A stretch of DNA of 64,000 nt from Planctomycetota bacterium (GCA_039190745.1 JBCCXZ010000011.1:1-64000); one strand, 5' to 3'; shown: positions 1 through 9,368, counted from the stretch's first letter. Notes: generated by a model not told the origin, from the letters alone. Program-made: numbers and translations.

Positions 1-538
1 CGGAATGGGGCTCGGGCACCCGTCCCAACACGGTCACCGTCATCAAGATCTCAAACTCTGGACCGCCCCCAGGAACCGGGCCCCCGGAAAACGTAAAGCC
101 ATCCAGTCGGAGCGTGATCGCGTCGATGATGTTGCCGGCCAAGTCGGGAGACCCGGCGGCGAGGAAGAACCCCGATTCACCGAAGCCGATCCCCTGCTCA
201 CGGCCGCTTTGCACTTCGGTTGCCAGGAACTGCAGGAACCGATCGAGCCCGTCGGTGATCCTGAGTACCGCCTCGTCGAAACCGGGGTCGGTCGCAGAGG
301 TTGCTTCGTAGACCGTGCCCGCGTCGGCAGGCTCGATGGCGACGTCATCGAAAAGAGTCACCGGGTTCGCGGTCGTGAAGGCGTCGTCGCCGAGCACCAA
401 GTCCAGGTCGAACAACGATGTCGCGAAATCGTTGGTGCTTTTATTGATCGAGATCGCTCGCTGGAAGAGCGGCGTCGATGCGGCGTGTGCTTGGCCCATG
501 AAGAGGGCGGCGAGCAAGCAGCAGAATCGGATCGGCAT
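1..538 (-). CDS. PEP-CTERM sorting domain-containing secreted protein (3' end runs off window)
   Basis: Not in ORF track because it has no stop in the window. Manual translation from ATG at 538: signal-like MPIRFCCLLAALFMGQAHA, open frame to position 1, ending ...TVTVLGRVPEPHS (VPEP motif). Confidence 0.8.
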   Translation of the reverse strand, partial: MPIRFCCLLAALFMGQAHAASTPLFQRAISINKSTNDFATSLFDLDLVLGDDAFTTANPVTLFDDVAIEPADAGTVYEATSATDPGFDEAVLRITDGLDRFLQFLATEVQSGREQGIGFGESGFFLAAGSPDLAGNIIDAITLRLDGFTFSGGPVPGGGPEFEILMTVTVLGRVPEPHS

Positions 539-592
539 GAAGTCGGGCTCCTGGGTCGGACGTCCAGCGTCCGTTGTTGGCGTGTGCCTACG

Positions 593-662
593 AAAAAAGC
601 CTCCGCCCACAGGGCCCCAGATCCCAAACGCGGGATGTGGAGGGCACTGTGCGGGGAGGCTT
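593..662 (-). terminator. Long imperfect hairpin with U-tract (intrinsic terminator or attenuator)
   Basis: AAGCCTCC(597-604)/GGAGGCTT(655-662) closes a ~65-nt hairpin with apical ATCCC/GGGAT. A6 at 593-598 reads as U6 on the minus strand. Confidence 0.7.
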
Positions 663-788
663 CAGTAGCGGTTCTCTCGTTGTTTTGTCGTGGCGGCTTG
701 CCGCCGTCCAATCGATCCTAAACGCCGGTCTTTGGCCGACGCAAGAGAATTGTCTGTGGGTTCTCGCTTCGGCGGCCGTCAGGGCCCT

Positions 789-2489
789 TTAACCGCTGCA
801 TTTCGCTAGCAAGTCGTCTTTGCCGACCCGTTCGCAGAAATCGCCCAACGACTCGCCTTCGGCCCTGTCCTGCTGAAAAGCACGGAAAACTGCTTTCAAC
901 TCTTGTACGACCTCTTCGCTGGGAACGAGGTCTTTGTAAATCCAGTTCAGCCGATCGCCCTGACGCCGACCACCGAGGAAAATCGTGTACTTGCCCTTAG
1001 CCTTACCCACCAAGCCGATGTCAGAGTTGTAGGGTCTGGCGCAGCCATTGGGGCAGCCCGTCATTCGGGTAGTGAACACCTCTTCGGAAAGGCCGAGCTC
1101 TGAGAGGTCTGCTTCGAGCTGATCCACCATGCTTGGGAGCATGCGTTCGCTCTCTGTGATTGCCAGCCCGCAGGTCGGCAACGCGGGACAAGCCATCGAC
1201 CAACGACGTACCGCGCTGGTCTCTTCGGTCAGGGGTACGCCGTGATTGCCGAGGATGCTCTTCAGGCGGTCGTGGTCGCTCTGCTCAAGGTCGCAGAAGA
1301 TGATGCCCTGGTGGGGCGTCAGCCTCATGGGGGCACCGACCTCCCGGCACACCTCTCGGAGGGCGGTCTTCAGGCGGTAGCCGCCCTCGTCTTTGATGCG
1401 GCCGTTCTCCACGTTCAACCCGTAGAACCACCGTCCGTCCCCCTGGGGTCGCCAGCCCATGCCGTCGTCAAAATTCTCGACGTGTATCGGTCGCGGTTCA
1501 GTGAGCTCGCCGCCGTAGTACTCCTCGACTTTCTCTTTGAACCGATCAAGCCCCCAGTTGTGGATGAGGTACTTCATTCGTGCGATCTTTCGGTCGGCGC
1601 GGTTACCGAAGTCGCGCTGCACTTTGATGATCGCCGTGGCTACGTCGATCACTTGATCAGGCGTGACGAAGCACATCGGCTTCGCGATCGCGGGGAAAGT
1701 CTTCTTGGCGCTGGGCGTCGTGCCGAAGCCTCCGCCGACCAGCATGTTGTAGCCGACGATCTGCCAATCCTCGCAGACGGCCAAGAGCCCAAGGTCTTGT
1801 GAGTGGATGTCGGCGCTGTTGTCGCCCGGCAAGCCAATGCCCGTCTTGAATTTCCGCGGCAGATAGGTCGGGCCGTAGATCGGCTCGATGACGTGGCCGT
1901 TGGACCCTCCTCCTGCCAGCTCCTTCTTTCCGGTTTGTTCGTCCGTGAGCCACAGCTCGTGGTAGGCCGTCGTCCGGGGGAGGAATTGCTTGGCTAGCTC
2001 GTCGGCCAGCGCCTGCATCTGATCGTAAACAGGGTCGCCCTTGTAGGGTGCAGGAGAGCACATCACGTTTCGCTGCACGTCGCCGCACGCGGCTAGAGTC
2101 GAGAGCTGTGTCTCGTTGATCCGTCGGATGCACTCCCTGAGGTTGGACTTGATCACACCGTGCAACTGCAAGCCCTGGCGGGTCGTGATCCGGAGCGTCG
2201 TGTTCCCGATTTCGTCGCAGAGGTCGAGCTGGGCGAGTAATTGGTCGGCGGTCAGCTTCCCGCCCGGGATCGCCGAGCGGACCATAAAGCTGTAGACCTT
2301 GCCGTCGGGTCCACGCGTATCTCTATCGTTCTGCTGGTAGGTGCCGTGGTGCTTCAGCAGCTGGATACTTGCCTTGCCGAAGAAGTCGTTGCCGTCGGCC
2401 AGCTCCTCCGGAATAGGCCCCAGCAGGTGGTTGCTCTCGCGCTTGAAACCCTCGACGGGGCTCTCTTTCTTGGCCGGCTTGTCGGTCAT
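789..2489 (-). CDS. cysI: Assimilatory sulfite reductase hemoprotein subunit (siroheme, 4Fe-4S)
   Basis: LRITTRQGLQLHG, YGPTYLPRKFK, MACPALPTCGLAITESER and RMTGCPNGCARPY motifs. Confidence 0.9.
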   Translation of the reverse strand: MTDKPAKKESPVEGFKRESNHLLGPIPEELADGNDFFGKASIQLLKHHGTYQQNDRDTRGPDGKVYSFMVRSAIPGGKLTADQLLAQLDLCDEIGNTTLRITTRQGLQLHGVIKSNLRECIRRINETQLSTLAACGDVQRNVMCSPAPYKGDPVYDQMQALADELAKQFLPRTTAYHELWLTDEQTGKKELAGGGSNGHVIEPIYGPTYLPRKFKTGIGLPGDNSADIHSQDLGLLAVCEDWQIVGYNMLVGGGFGTTPSAKKTFPAIAKPMCFVTPDQVIDVATAIIKVQRDFGNRADRKIARMKYLIHNWGLDRFKEKVEEYYGGELTEPRPIHVENFDDGMGWRPQGDGRWFYGLNVENGRIKDEGGYRLKTALREVCREVGAPMRLTPHQGIIFCDLEQSDHDRLKSILGNHGVPLTEETSAVRRWSMACPALPTCGLAITESERMLPSMVDQLEADLSELGLSEEVFTTRMTGCPNGCARPYNSDIGLVGKAKGKYTIFLGGRRQGDRLNWIYKDLVPSEEVVQELKAVFRAFQQDRAEGESLGDFCERVGKDDLLAKCSG

Positions 2490-2657
2490 CGCAGTACCGT
2501 GGTGGGCGTTGTATCAGCCAGCGGGCAGAACTGCCTGATTTACCTAAACCGTATATTTAAACCTGGACTCCGAATCATAGTCGCTCTAGTAGACTGAGAC
2601 TATATCGAGCGGGTTCGCCGGTTTGCATGCAGCGGGCATGGCCCTACGATTGCCCAA

Positions 2658-3188
2658 ATGACAGCGGCCCACCACCCCGAGACCCCAGCTGGCCGCCCGA
2701 CAACCGGCTTCCAACGTGTTGCAGTCTGGCTAGCAACCGGCCTCGGCGTCGGACTGCTGGTGCGGGCCCCGGGTACAATCGGCGGCCTCTGGGGACTCCC
2801 CATCGCGTTGGCGTCCACTTGGTTGCCCGACACGCTTTGGCAAGCAGCGATGGTCTCTGTGCTCGGCGGCGTCGGGGTCTGGCTGTGCGACACCGCCGCA
2901 AACGCTCTCAGAAGTTCCGACCCGCAGCCAGTAGTGATCGATGAGATCGCTGCCTTGCCGATCGTCTTTCTAGGTTTGGATGACATCGGCCTCGGGACGC
3001 TGGCCGGGGGGTTTGCACTGTTCAGATTGTTCGACATTGCCAAGCCCGGCGTCGTGAAGTGGGGCGAGCGACTGCCCGGTGGCTGGGGCGTGATGGCCGA
3101 CGACTGGCTTGCCGCACTGCATGCATTGGTTGTGCTGCGGCTTTTCTTATGGGTCGACCGTTCAGCCGGTTGGGGCTTCTTTGCCTAG
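2658..3188 (+). CDS. pgpA: Phosphatidylglycerophosphatase A
   Basis: APGTIG, DPQPVVIDE, LFRLFDIAKP and GGWGVMADD motifs. Confidence 0.9.
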   Translation: MTAAHHPETPAGRPTTGFQRVAVWLATGLGVGLLVRAPGTIGGLWGLPIALASTWLPDTLWQAAMVSVLGGVGVWLCDTAANALRSSDPQPVVIDEIAALPIVFLGLDDIGLGTLAGGFALFRLFDIAKPGVVKWGERLPGGWGVMADDWLAALHALVVLRLFLWVDRSAGWGFFA

Positions 3189-3265
3189 GTCCGGTGGCGC
3201 TGCGCACCCGGGGCGATAGAATCGGCGGTCTGACCACCGCCACTAGAGAACCAACCAATCTGCCC

Positions 3266-4129
3266 ATGCCTGCACGACTGCTCGACGGCAAATCGATCGC
3301 TAAGCAAATCCGCGCCGAACTTGCCGAGGGGGTTGAATCCTTGGTTAGCAAGGGTGGGTTCACCCCCAAGCTCGCGGCCGTACTCGTCGGTGACGACGCG
3401 GCCAGCGAAGTGTACGTCCGCAACAAGCGTAAGGACTGCGAGCGGGTCGGGATAGAAAGCGTTCTCCACCGACTGCCCGAGTCGACTTCGCAAGCAGAGC
3501 TGCTTGGGCTGCTCGACGGTTTGAACTCCGACGCGAGCGTTCACGGCATTCTCGTGCAGTTGCCGGTGCCCAAGCAGATCGACCCCGAGGCGGTTGCCTC
3601 CGCGATCGATCCGGCCAAGGACGTGGATTGCCTGCATCCTGAGAACGTGGGTTTGCTCGCGAAAGGGCGGCCAAGATTCAAGCCGTGCACCCCACACGGG
3701 GTGCAGCAGATCTTGCTTCGCGAAGGGATCGAGACCGCCGGGCGTCGGGCCGTGGTGGTGGGTCGGAGCGAGATCGTCGGCAAGCCTTTGGCCGCGATGC
3801 TCGCTCTGCGGGGCGAGGGGGGCGACGCCACCGTAACCCTCTGCCACAGCCGGACCGACGATCTGGCGGGCGTCGCCCGGGAGGCGGACATCTTGCTGGT
3901 CGCGATCGGGAAGCCGGAATTCGTCACCGCGGAGATGGTCAAGCCCGGGGCCGTGGTCATCGACATCGGCGTTAACCGCACCGAAGCGGGGCTGGTGGGC
4001 GACGTGGAATTCGAGGCAGTCTCTCGTGTGGCCTCGGCGATCACCCCTGTTCCTGGGGGCGTGGGGCCGCTGACGCGGACGATGCTGCTGGTGAACACCC
4101 TTGCCGCGGCGAGCGAGATCGGCCGCTGA
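3266..4129 (+). CDS. folD: Bifunctional methylenetetrahydrofolate dehydrogenase/cyclohydrolase
   Basis: Start trimmed to MPARLLDGK. YVRNK, HGILVQLP, KDVD, PCTP, GRSEIVGKP and TPVPGGVGP motifs. Confidence 0.95.
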   Translation: MPARLLDGKSIAKQIRAELAEGVESLVSKGGFTPKLAAVLVGDDAASEVYVRNKRKDCERVGIESVLHRLPESTSQAELLGLLDGLNSDASVHGILVQLPVPKQIDPEAVASAIDPAKDVDCLHPENVGLLAKGRPRFKPCTPHGVQQILLREGIETAGRRAVVVGRSEIVGKPLAAMLALRGEGGDATVTLCHSRTDDLAGVAREADILLVAIGKPEFVTAEMVKPGAVVIDIGVNRTEAGLVGDVEFEAVSRVASAITPVPGGVGPLTRTMLLVNTLAAASEIGR

Positions 4130-4246
4130 GCGGGCGTGCAGCTAGGCACCCCGTGGTTTTTCGGGTATTTTCGTAGCTTTGGTCCTCCCGGTCCGGCCTG
4201 CGGGCTCCCGGTTGTTTCTTGTGAGCGAGGCGGCGTAACCCCAGGT

Positions 4247-4564
4247 ATGGCGAAGAAAACCGCGAAGAAGAAGGCTGCCCCCAAGAAAGCGGCGGCGAAG
4301 AAGACCGCGACCAAGAAAACCGAGACCAAGAAGGCGGAGCCCAAAAAGAAGGCGGCCGCCAAGAAAAAGACGACCAAGCGGACCAAGGCCGCTAAGGAAG
4401 TCCGGCTCAAGGCGTACTGGGGCGTTTTCAATCAGTCGCTGCGCAGGGTCGCACTCTTCGAATTCAACGAAAAGAAGCAGGCCGAGAAGAAGGCCCAAGA
4501 CCTGACCAAGAGCGGCAAGAGCCCGCACTTCGTACAGCCGGTCAAAGAAGCAATCGATAGCTAA
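4247..4564 (+). CDS. Lys/Ala-rich histone H1-like small protein with a short globular C-terminus
   Basis: MAKKTAKKKAAPKKAAAKK... basic tail followed by RLKAYWGVFNQSLRRVALF...HFVQPVKE. Confidence 0.75.
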   Translation: MAKKTAKKKAAPKKAAAKKTATKKTETKKAEPKKKAAAKKKTTKRTKAAKEVRLKAYWGVFNQSLRRVALFEFNEKKQAEKKAQDLTKSGKSPHFVQPVKEAIDS

Positions 4565-4583
4565 GCATCGAGTGCCCGCCCGC

Positions 4584-4955
4584 TCAGCCGAGAACCGCCG
4601 TGAGCCTTTCTAGGGTTTCTGGCTTGTCGTACTCGAGCTTGCCGAAGCCGCGTAGCGCGCCGATCTTTTCGGCGGCGTCTTGGTGTTCCGGCAGGTTCGT
4701 GATGAGCATCACCGGCACCGAGGACAGGCCGCTGTCGGCTTTGATCGCTTTGATCACCTCGACGCCGTCTGAATAGTCGCGGTCGAGTTTGCGGTTCACG
4801 ACCACCAGGTCGTAGGGCTCTTTCCGCAACGCTTCCAGCGCGTCCTCGGCTCCATGGGCCTGACGCACCTCGCAATCGAAGTGCGAGCCCAGGTAGGAAC
4901 TCACCGTCGCGTGGTCTGGCCCGCAGTTCCCAACATCGAGTATCTTCTTCGGCAT
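4584..4955 (-). CDS. Stand-alone atypical response regulator (receiver domain)
   Basis: CheY-like pattern (ALEALRKEPYDLVVVN...DGVEVIKAIK...VPVMLIT...GA..FGK). Start trimmed to MPKKILDV. Confidence 0.8.
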   Translation of the reverse strand: MPKKILDVGNCGPDHATVSSYLGSHFDCEVRQAHGAEDALEALRKEPYDLVVVNRKLDRDYSDGVEVIKAIKADSGLSSVPVMLITNLPEHQDAAEKIGALRGFGKLEYDKPETLERLTAVLG

Positions 4956-4968
4956 CTCTGCAAGGCTC

Positions 4969-6723
4969 CTATTGGTCTTCGGACGCTTCGATGGCAAACA
5001 GGTGCGTGCGATTGGAGATAAACAGCACGTTGTCTGCGACGACAGGAGTGCTGTAGACGCTGTTGCCCATGTTGACTGTTCCGTGGTGTGGTTCCCAGTC
5101 GCCTTCGGCGTCGGTCATCGCGATGGTCTTGTCAGCCGAGTGGCGGAAGACGGCGATCTCGCCGTCTTCGTCGCCGATGTACACTTTGCCATCGACGATC
5201 AGCGGCGAACCCCACGCCGCGGCGAGCATGTCGTAGGTCCAGTGAACTTTGCCCGTCACAGCGTCCAGGCAATGGAAGAGGCCGCTGAAATCTGCGATGT
5301 ACAGCACGCCGTCCCGGATCGCTACGGTGCCGCAGCTGCGGTGCATCGTCTCCTCGAAGTCGATCTCGCCGTCGCCGTTTTGGTCGAACTCACTGTAGTG
5401 CCAGATAACCGCGGAGTTCGGGTTCACCTGTACCAGATCACCTTCCTCTTCCACCGCGGCTTGAACGCGTTTGTGCGGGATCACGGCTTTTGGGTCGGCC
5501 GAGTTGAACACCAACTCCGAGCTCGTATCGCCGCGCATGGTCGGGTCGATGCACCACAGGTGTCCGATGCCCTCACCGTGCTCGGGGTCCTGGCCCACGG
5601 CGACGTACACGTTGCCCTCGTAGATGACCGGCGTGGCGATGATGTTGTTCCGCGTCCCTCGACGGCCAAGGTCCCAAAGTGAGGTCTTTGGGTTGGCGTC
5701 GAACTTCCAAAGCAGCTTGGGCCCGCCCTCGCCGTCGCCGGCGGAGTCGTAGCTGTAGACCCAGCCGTCGCCGCCGGCGAAGATTACCTGCTCCTGGCCG
5801 CCTAGCACCCCGTAGGTGGGAGACGACCACTGCCCGTGCAGGATGTTCAGCCCGGGGGCATTGTCGGTCCACAGCACTTCGCCGGTGTTCTTGTCCATCG
5901 CGAAGAAGCTCGGCGCTTCCGGCGCGGGGATGTAGTTGCCCTCCACATCGACCCCGTTGGAAGTATTGACGAACAGCACGTCGCCCGCGGCGGTTACCGA
6001 GCAGCTACACATGTTGTGCTGCGAGATGCCGAGCTCCGCCATCATGTCGTACACCCAGATGATGTCGGCCTCCTGCTGGAGGTCGTAAGGCTTTCCGGTT
6101 GCCTCCAGCAGCTTCTCTTCTTCGGTGTACGGACCGTCGTTCTCACCGTCACGGAAACCTACCGTGTCGAGGCACCGCACCTCGCCGCGGCTCGTGACGA
6201 ACCAGAGTCTTTCGCCCTCGACATAGACCGCGCAACAGATGCCCTGCTCCGGCCAGTCGTGTGCGCGGCCCGTAGGAAGCTTCTCGCTGCTGTGCTGCCA
6301 GAGAAAATCGCCGCTCCCCGCGTCGAAGCAGATCATGCAGCCGAGGTCCCACTTGTCGGCCGGGTAGCGTTCGATCCACCCGCCGTTGTTGTTCGTGCCG
6401 ATGAACACCCGCCCGTCGGCGACTACGGCGTTGCCGTAGGTCTGCGACCCAAGGCGGGAGACCCATTTGATGTTCTCAGCGCTCGTGGAATCCCACTCGC
6501 CGGTGAGGTAGTCGAACTCGCCGATCTCCCAGGCGGTCGGTATGCCGTACCCGATAGGCGTGTTGTTCCGCCCGGCCGAACCGCCCCACTGGGCCCAGTC
6601 CTTGTTTGGCTGGGCGGACCGGGCGCTAACGGCTTCGCCGGCTACTTTTTCCAGGCCTGCCGACGTCAGCCAACCCGCGAACACGGCCGCCAGGATGGCG
6701 GTGGTCTTCCAGATTCTATTCAT
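4969..6723 (-). CDS. PQQ-binding-like (BamB-like) beta-propeller secreted protein
   Basis: Signal peptide, DWAQWGG..RNN, repeated STP/SSP..DG.VY and D..TG...W blade motifs. Confidence 0.85.
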   Translation of the reverse strand: MNRIWKTTAILAAVFAGWLTSAGLEKVAGEAVSARSAQPNKDWAQWGGSAGRNNTPIGYGIPTAWEIGEFDYLTGEWDSTSAENIKWVSRLGSQTYGNAVVADGRVFIGTNNNGGWIERYPADKWDLGCMICFDAGSGDFLWQHSSEKLPTGRAHDWPEQGICCAVYVEGERLWFVTSRGEVRCLDTVGFRDGENDGPYTEEEKLLEATGKPYDLQQEADIIWVYDMMAELGISQHNMCSCSVTAAGDVLFVNTSNGVDVEGNYIPAPEAPSFFAMDKNTGEVLWTDNAPGLNILHGQWSSPTYGVLGGQEQVIFAGGDGWVYSYDSAGDGEGGPKLLWKFDANPKTSLWDLGRRGTRNNIIATPVIYEGNVYVAVGQDPEHGEGIGHLWCIDPTMRGDTSSELVFNSADPKAVIPHKRVQAAVEEEGDLVQVNPNSAVIWHYSEFDQNGDGEIDFEETMHRSCGTVAIRDGVLYIADFSGLFHCLDAVTGKVHWTYDMLAAAWGSPLIVDGKVYIGDEDGEIAVFRHSADKTIAMTDAEGDWEPHHGTVNMGNSVYSTPVVADNVLFISNRTHLFAIEASEDQ

Positions 6724-6770
6724 GGCGTCTCTTTCGAGTATCTCTCTTGTCGTCGCTGCCACTGGTTTGC

Positions 6771-7988
6771 TTAGACCTGCACGTTATCGATGCAGAACTC
6801 CGCCTCTTGTGCGTTCCCGTGCAGCCCGGAGCTGCCGCTGGTGATCGGTGAAGGGCTGTGCATCGAAACAGACCAGTCGCTAGGTTCAGTTGTTCCCCGA
6901 GGCTAGATCTTGCCGCTGATTGCGGCCGAGTCCCCGCACTGCTCGCCCCGGTGCTTCATGGTGTACCAGATTTCCTTCCCGGGCGAGAAATCCCAAGAAG
7001 CCGATGCCGGATAGTCGTGCGAGGCCCAGCTGTAGAAACGCAGCGGCTCGTCAGTTGCCAAACAGTAAACTGTCGCCGACGTCGGCAGGTAAACCCGGTT
7101 TTGCGCTGCGATCGGCGACCCGTCGCTTGATTGGCCCTTCAGCCTCAGCTTGAGCAGCACCTTCACTCCCCGATCGGTGGGCTCAAGGATGTACCACCAG
7201 CCGTTGTTCGTGCAGTGGTAGACCTTGCCGTCAGCAAACAAAGGCGTGCTGTAGGTGGTGTCGTACGGCGAGATGCCTGTGCCCTTGAGCCAGTGGACCT
7301 CCCCGGTCTGTGTGTCCATGCTCAGGAAACGGTGCGCCGGCTTCGCGAGCGAGCCCCATTCCGAAGAGTCGCCCCAACCGATAATCACGCCGCTCGCGAT
7401 CACCAAGTCGTCGAACACCAGCGGGAAGTTGGTACGCCCGCCGTACGTGCTCAGCACCCCGAACTCTTCGTGGAGTTTCCGCTCCCAGACGACAGCGCCA
7501 GTCTCTGCTTCGAGACAGCAGAAGTCGCCGGAAACCCCGTGGGCGTAGACGCGGCCTGTTTCCGGGTCGCCGACGCACGAAGACCAAGCCACTCGTGTAT
7601 TGGGCACATCGGTCAGACTGATGCTGGAGATATGCTCCCACAACTTCTCCTCCGTTGAAGCGTCCACGCAGACGAACTTCGACTGCTCGGTACCCGTATC
7701 CGGGTTGTGCCGGGCCAAGGTGTACAGTCGCCCTTTCATGACGATGGGCGTGGAGCGTCCCCCGACTTCTTCGTTCTTCCAAAGGCGGTTGCTTCCCGGG
7801 CCGCCGTCTGGGTCCCACCTCTCGAGTAACCCCTTCTCTGAAGACGTATTGCTCTGGTTCGGGCCGCGCCACTGCAGCCAATCGGCGCCATCAACTTGTG
7901 CCGCAGGGGTCCACAGCAAGGGGCCGAACGCAGCCAGAAACTGCAGGCAAAAGGCCCTTTTCAGGGCGGGCGAGCTAGTGACACGCAT
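6771..7988 (-). pseudogene. Degenerate PQQ-like beta-propeller gene with an in-frame stop and probable internal deletions
   Basis: DWLQWRGP, GRSTP and propeller motifs. The TAG at 6903-6905 interrupts GKI*PRG, and the same frame continues to ...GLHGNAQEAEFCIDNVQV* at 6771. Confidence 0.65.
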
Positions 7989-8652
7989 GGATGGTTCCGG
8001 GAGGCGGGTCCAACATAGAGGGCGGCAGGTGGGCGACCTCACAGGCAGCAGGCCAAGGCGACCCGTCGTCCAGGGCAAGCTTTGCCGGCTGGGCGAGCGA
8101 TCGGGGTTGCTTAAGACGTGCCAGCACATCTCCTCAGGAACCTACAACTCAGCTTGCCTCAGCCTAACAAACAGGAATCCCACCCGCCACGAGGTACCCC
8201 GAAGCGGTGGATAATCGCGCCAGCCGAACGAGCTTCTGGAGCCGGTAAACCTTGCCTAACGATTGCCCTAACGCACTTGCTGAAAATTACTTCCGCACTC
8301 TCAAGGGGCCTTCTCCGCCATACCGATACGTTGGTTGTCGCCAGCATTAGACATGCAGTCTGTGCTGCGACGAACGAACGTAGAGTGCGTCGACCAACCG
8401 GCCGTACTGCTTCGAGTCATGGATTGGCTCGACTGGTGTTGACGCCTGAACGTGGGGACACGCTAAGCAACGACCCACCTTGACTTCGGCCCCGCCGAAA
8501 CCCCCGCTCTCCCACCCCTGCCAAGTCCCACCTGGCAAGCGACCAACGATTGTCTCAGCGACCAACCCAGGGAGGGTGTGGTGCTTCGGCGCGGCTGTGT
8601 GCCGTCAAGCGGCCTAGCGCCGTCGTCCCCAACGAATAGGAGACGTTGTTCG

Positions 8653-9297
8653 ATGAAGTGGAACTATTTAGCAGCGCTCATCGTTTGCGTCTGTCTATCA
8701 GGCCAGAGCTATGGGTATGGTCTCTTGGACAGGATGCTCGATAGCGGCTGCGGCTGCGACTCGTGCGAACCGCAGTGCTGCTGCGAAAAGTCTTGTGGTT
8801 GTGCCGACGACTGTTGCGGCGACGGTTGCTGTGGCGACGGTTGCTGCGAAGCTTCCTGCGGCTGTGCCGATGACTGCTGCGACCCGAGCTGCGGCTGTGC
8901 TTCGAGCTGCTGCTGCAAGAAGAAGAGCTGCTTCCTGTCGAAGCTGTTCAAGCGTAAGAACAAGTGCTGCGAGGCGTCTTGCGGTTGTGCGGACGACTGC
9001 TGCGGCGACGGGTGCTGTGGTAACGGCTGCTGCGGCGACGGTTGCTGCGAGGCATCCTGCGGCTGTGCGGACGACTGCTGCTGTGGCGACGGTTGCTGCT
9101 GCGACCCCGGTTGCGGTTGCTCGGACGCTTGCTGCGACCCGGGCTGCGGCTGCACCAGCGGGTGTGCTGTCGGTTCTTCGGACGCGGAGATGAGCGACGC
9201 TCCCGAGGCCGCTCCGATCCCGCCCGCCCCGGCCGCTGACCCCAACGCCCGGTTGGCTCAGCCCCGCCGCGTGATCAGCGCCAGCTTCGTCCGCTAA
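8653..9297 (+). CDS. Secreted extremely Cys-rich repeat protein
   Basis: AGGAG RBS at 8638-8642 and a signal peptide. About 53 Cys in 214 aa (hand count). Pro/Ala-rich C-terminus. Confidence 0.85.
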   Translation: MKWNYLAALIVCVCLSGQSYGYGLLDRMLDSGCGCDSCEPQCCCEKSCGCADDCCGDGCCGDGCCEASCGCADDCCDPSCGCASSCCCKKKSCFLSKLFKRKNKCCEASCGCADDCCGDGCCGNGCCGDGCCEASCGCADDCCCGDGCCCDPGCGCSDACCDPGCGCTSGCAVGSSDAEMSDAPEAAPIPPAPAADPNARLAQPRRVISASFVR

Positions 9298-9326
9298 GGA
9301 AAGCTAGCCGAGAATCCCCCTCTGAG

Positions 9327-9368
9327 GACCTGTCTCGAACCTACGGGTTTGGGGCAGGTTCTTTTTTA
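9327..9368 (+). terminator. Intrinsic terminator after the Cys-rich gene
   Basis: GACCTGTCTCGAACC...GGTTTGGGGCAGGTT hairpin followed by CTTTTTT. Confidence 0.75.

Noticed and set aside
6903..6905. In-frame TAG as possible recoding (pyrrolysine or readthrough)
   Set aside because: Many genes here end normally in TAG, and the gene shows other signs of decay, so a nonsense mutation is simpler.
8740..9170. Repeated DNA units as a possible CRISPR or non-coding array
   Set aside because: The repeats are in-frame codon repeats of the Cys-rich protein with synonymous variation. No repeat-spacer array or cas gene was seen in the window.
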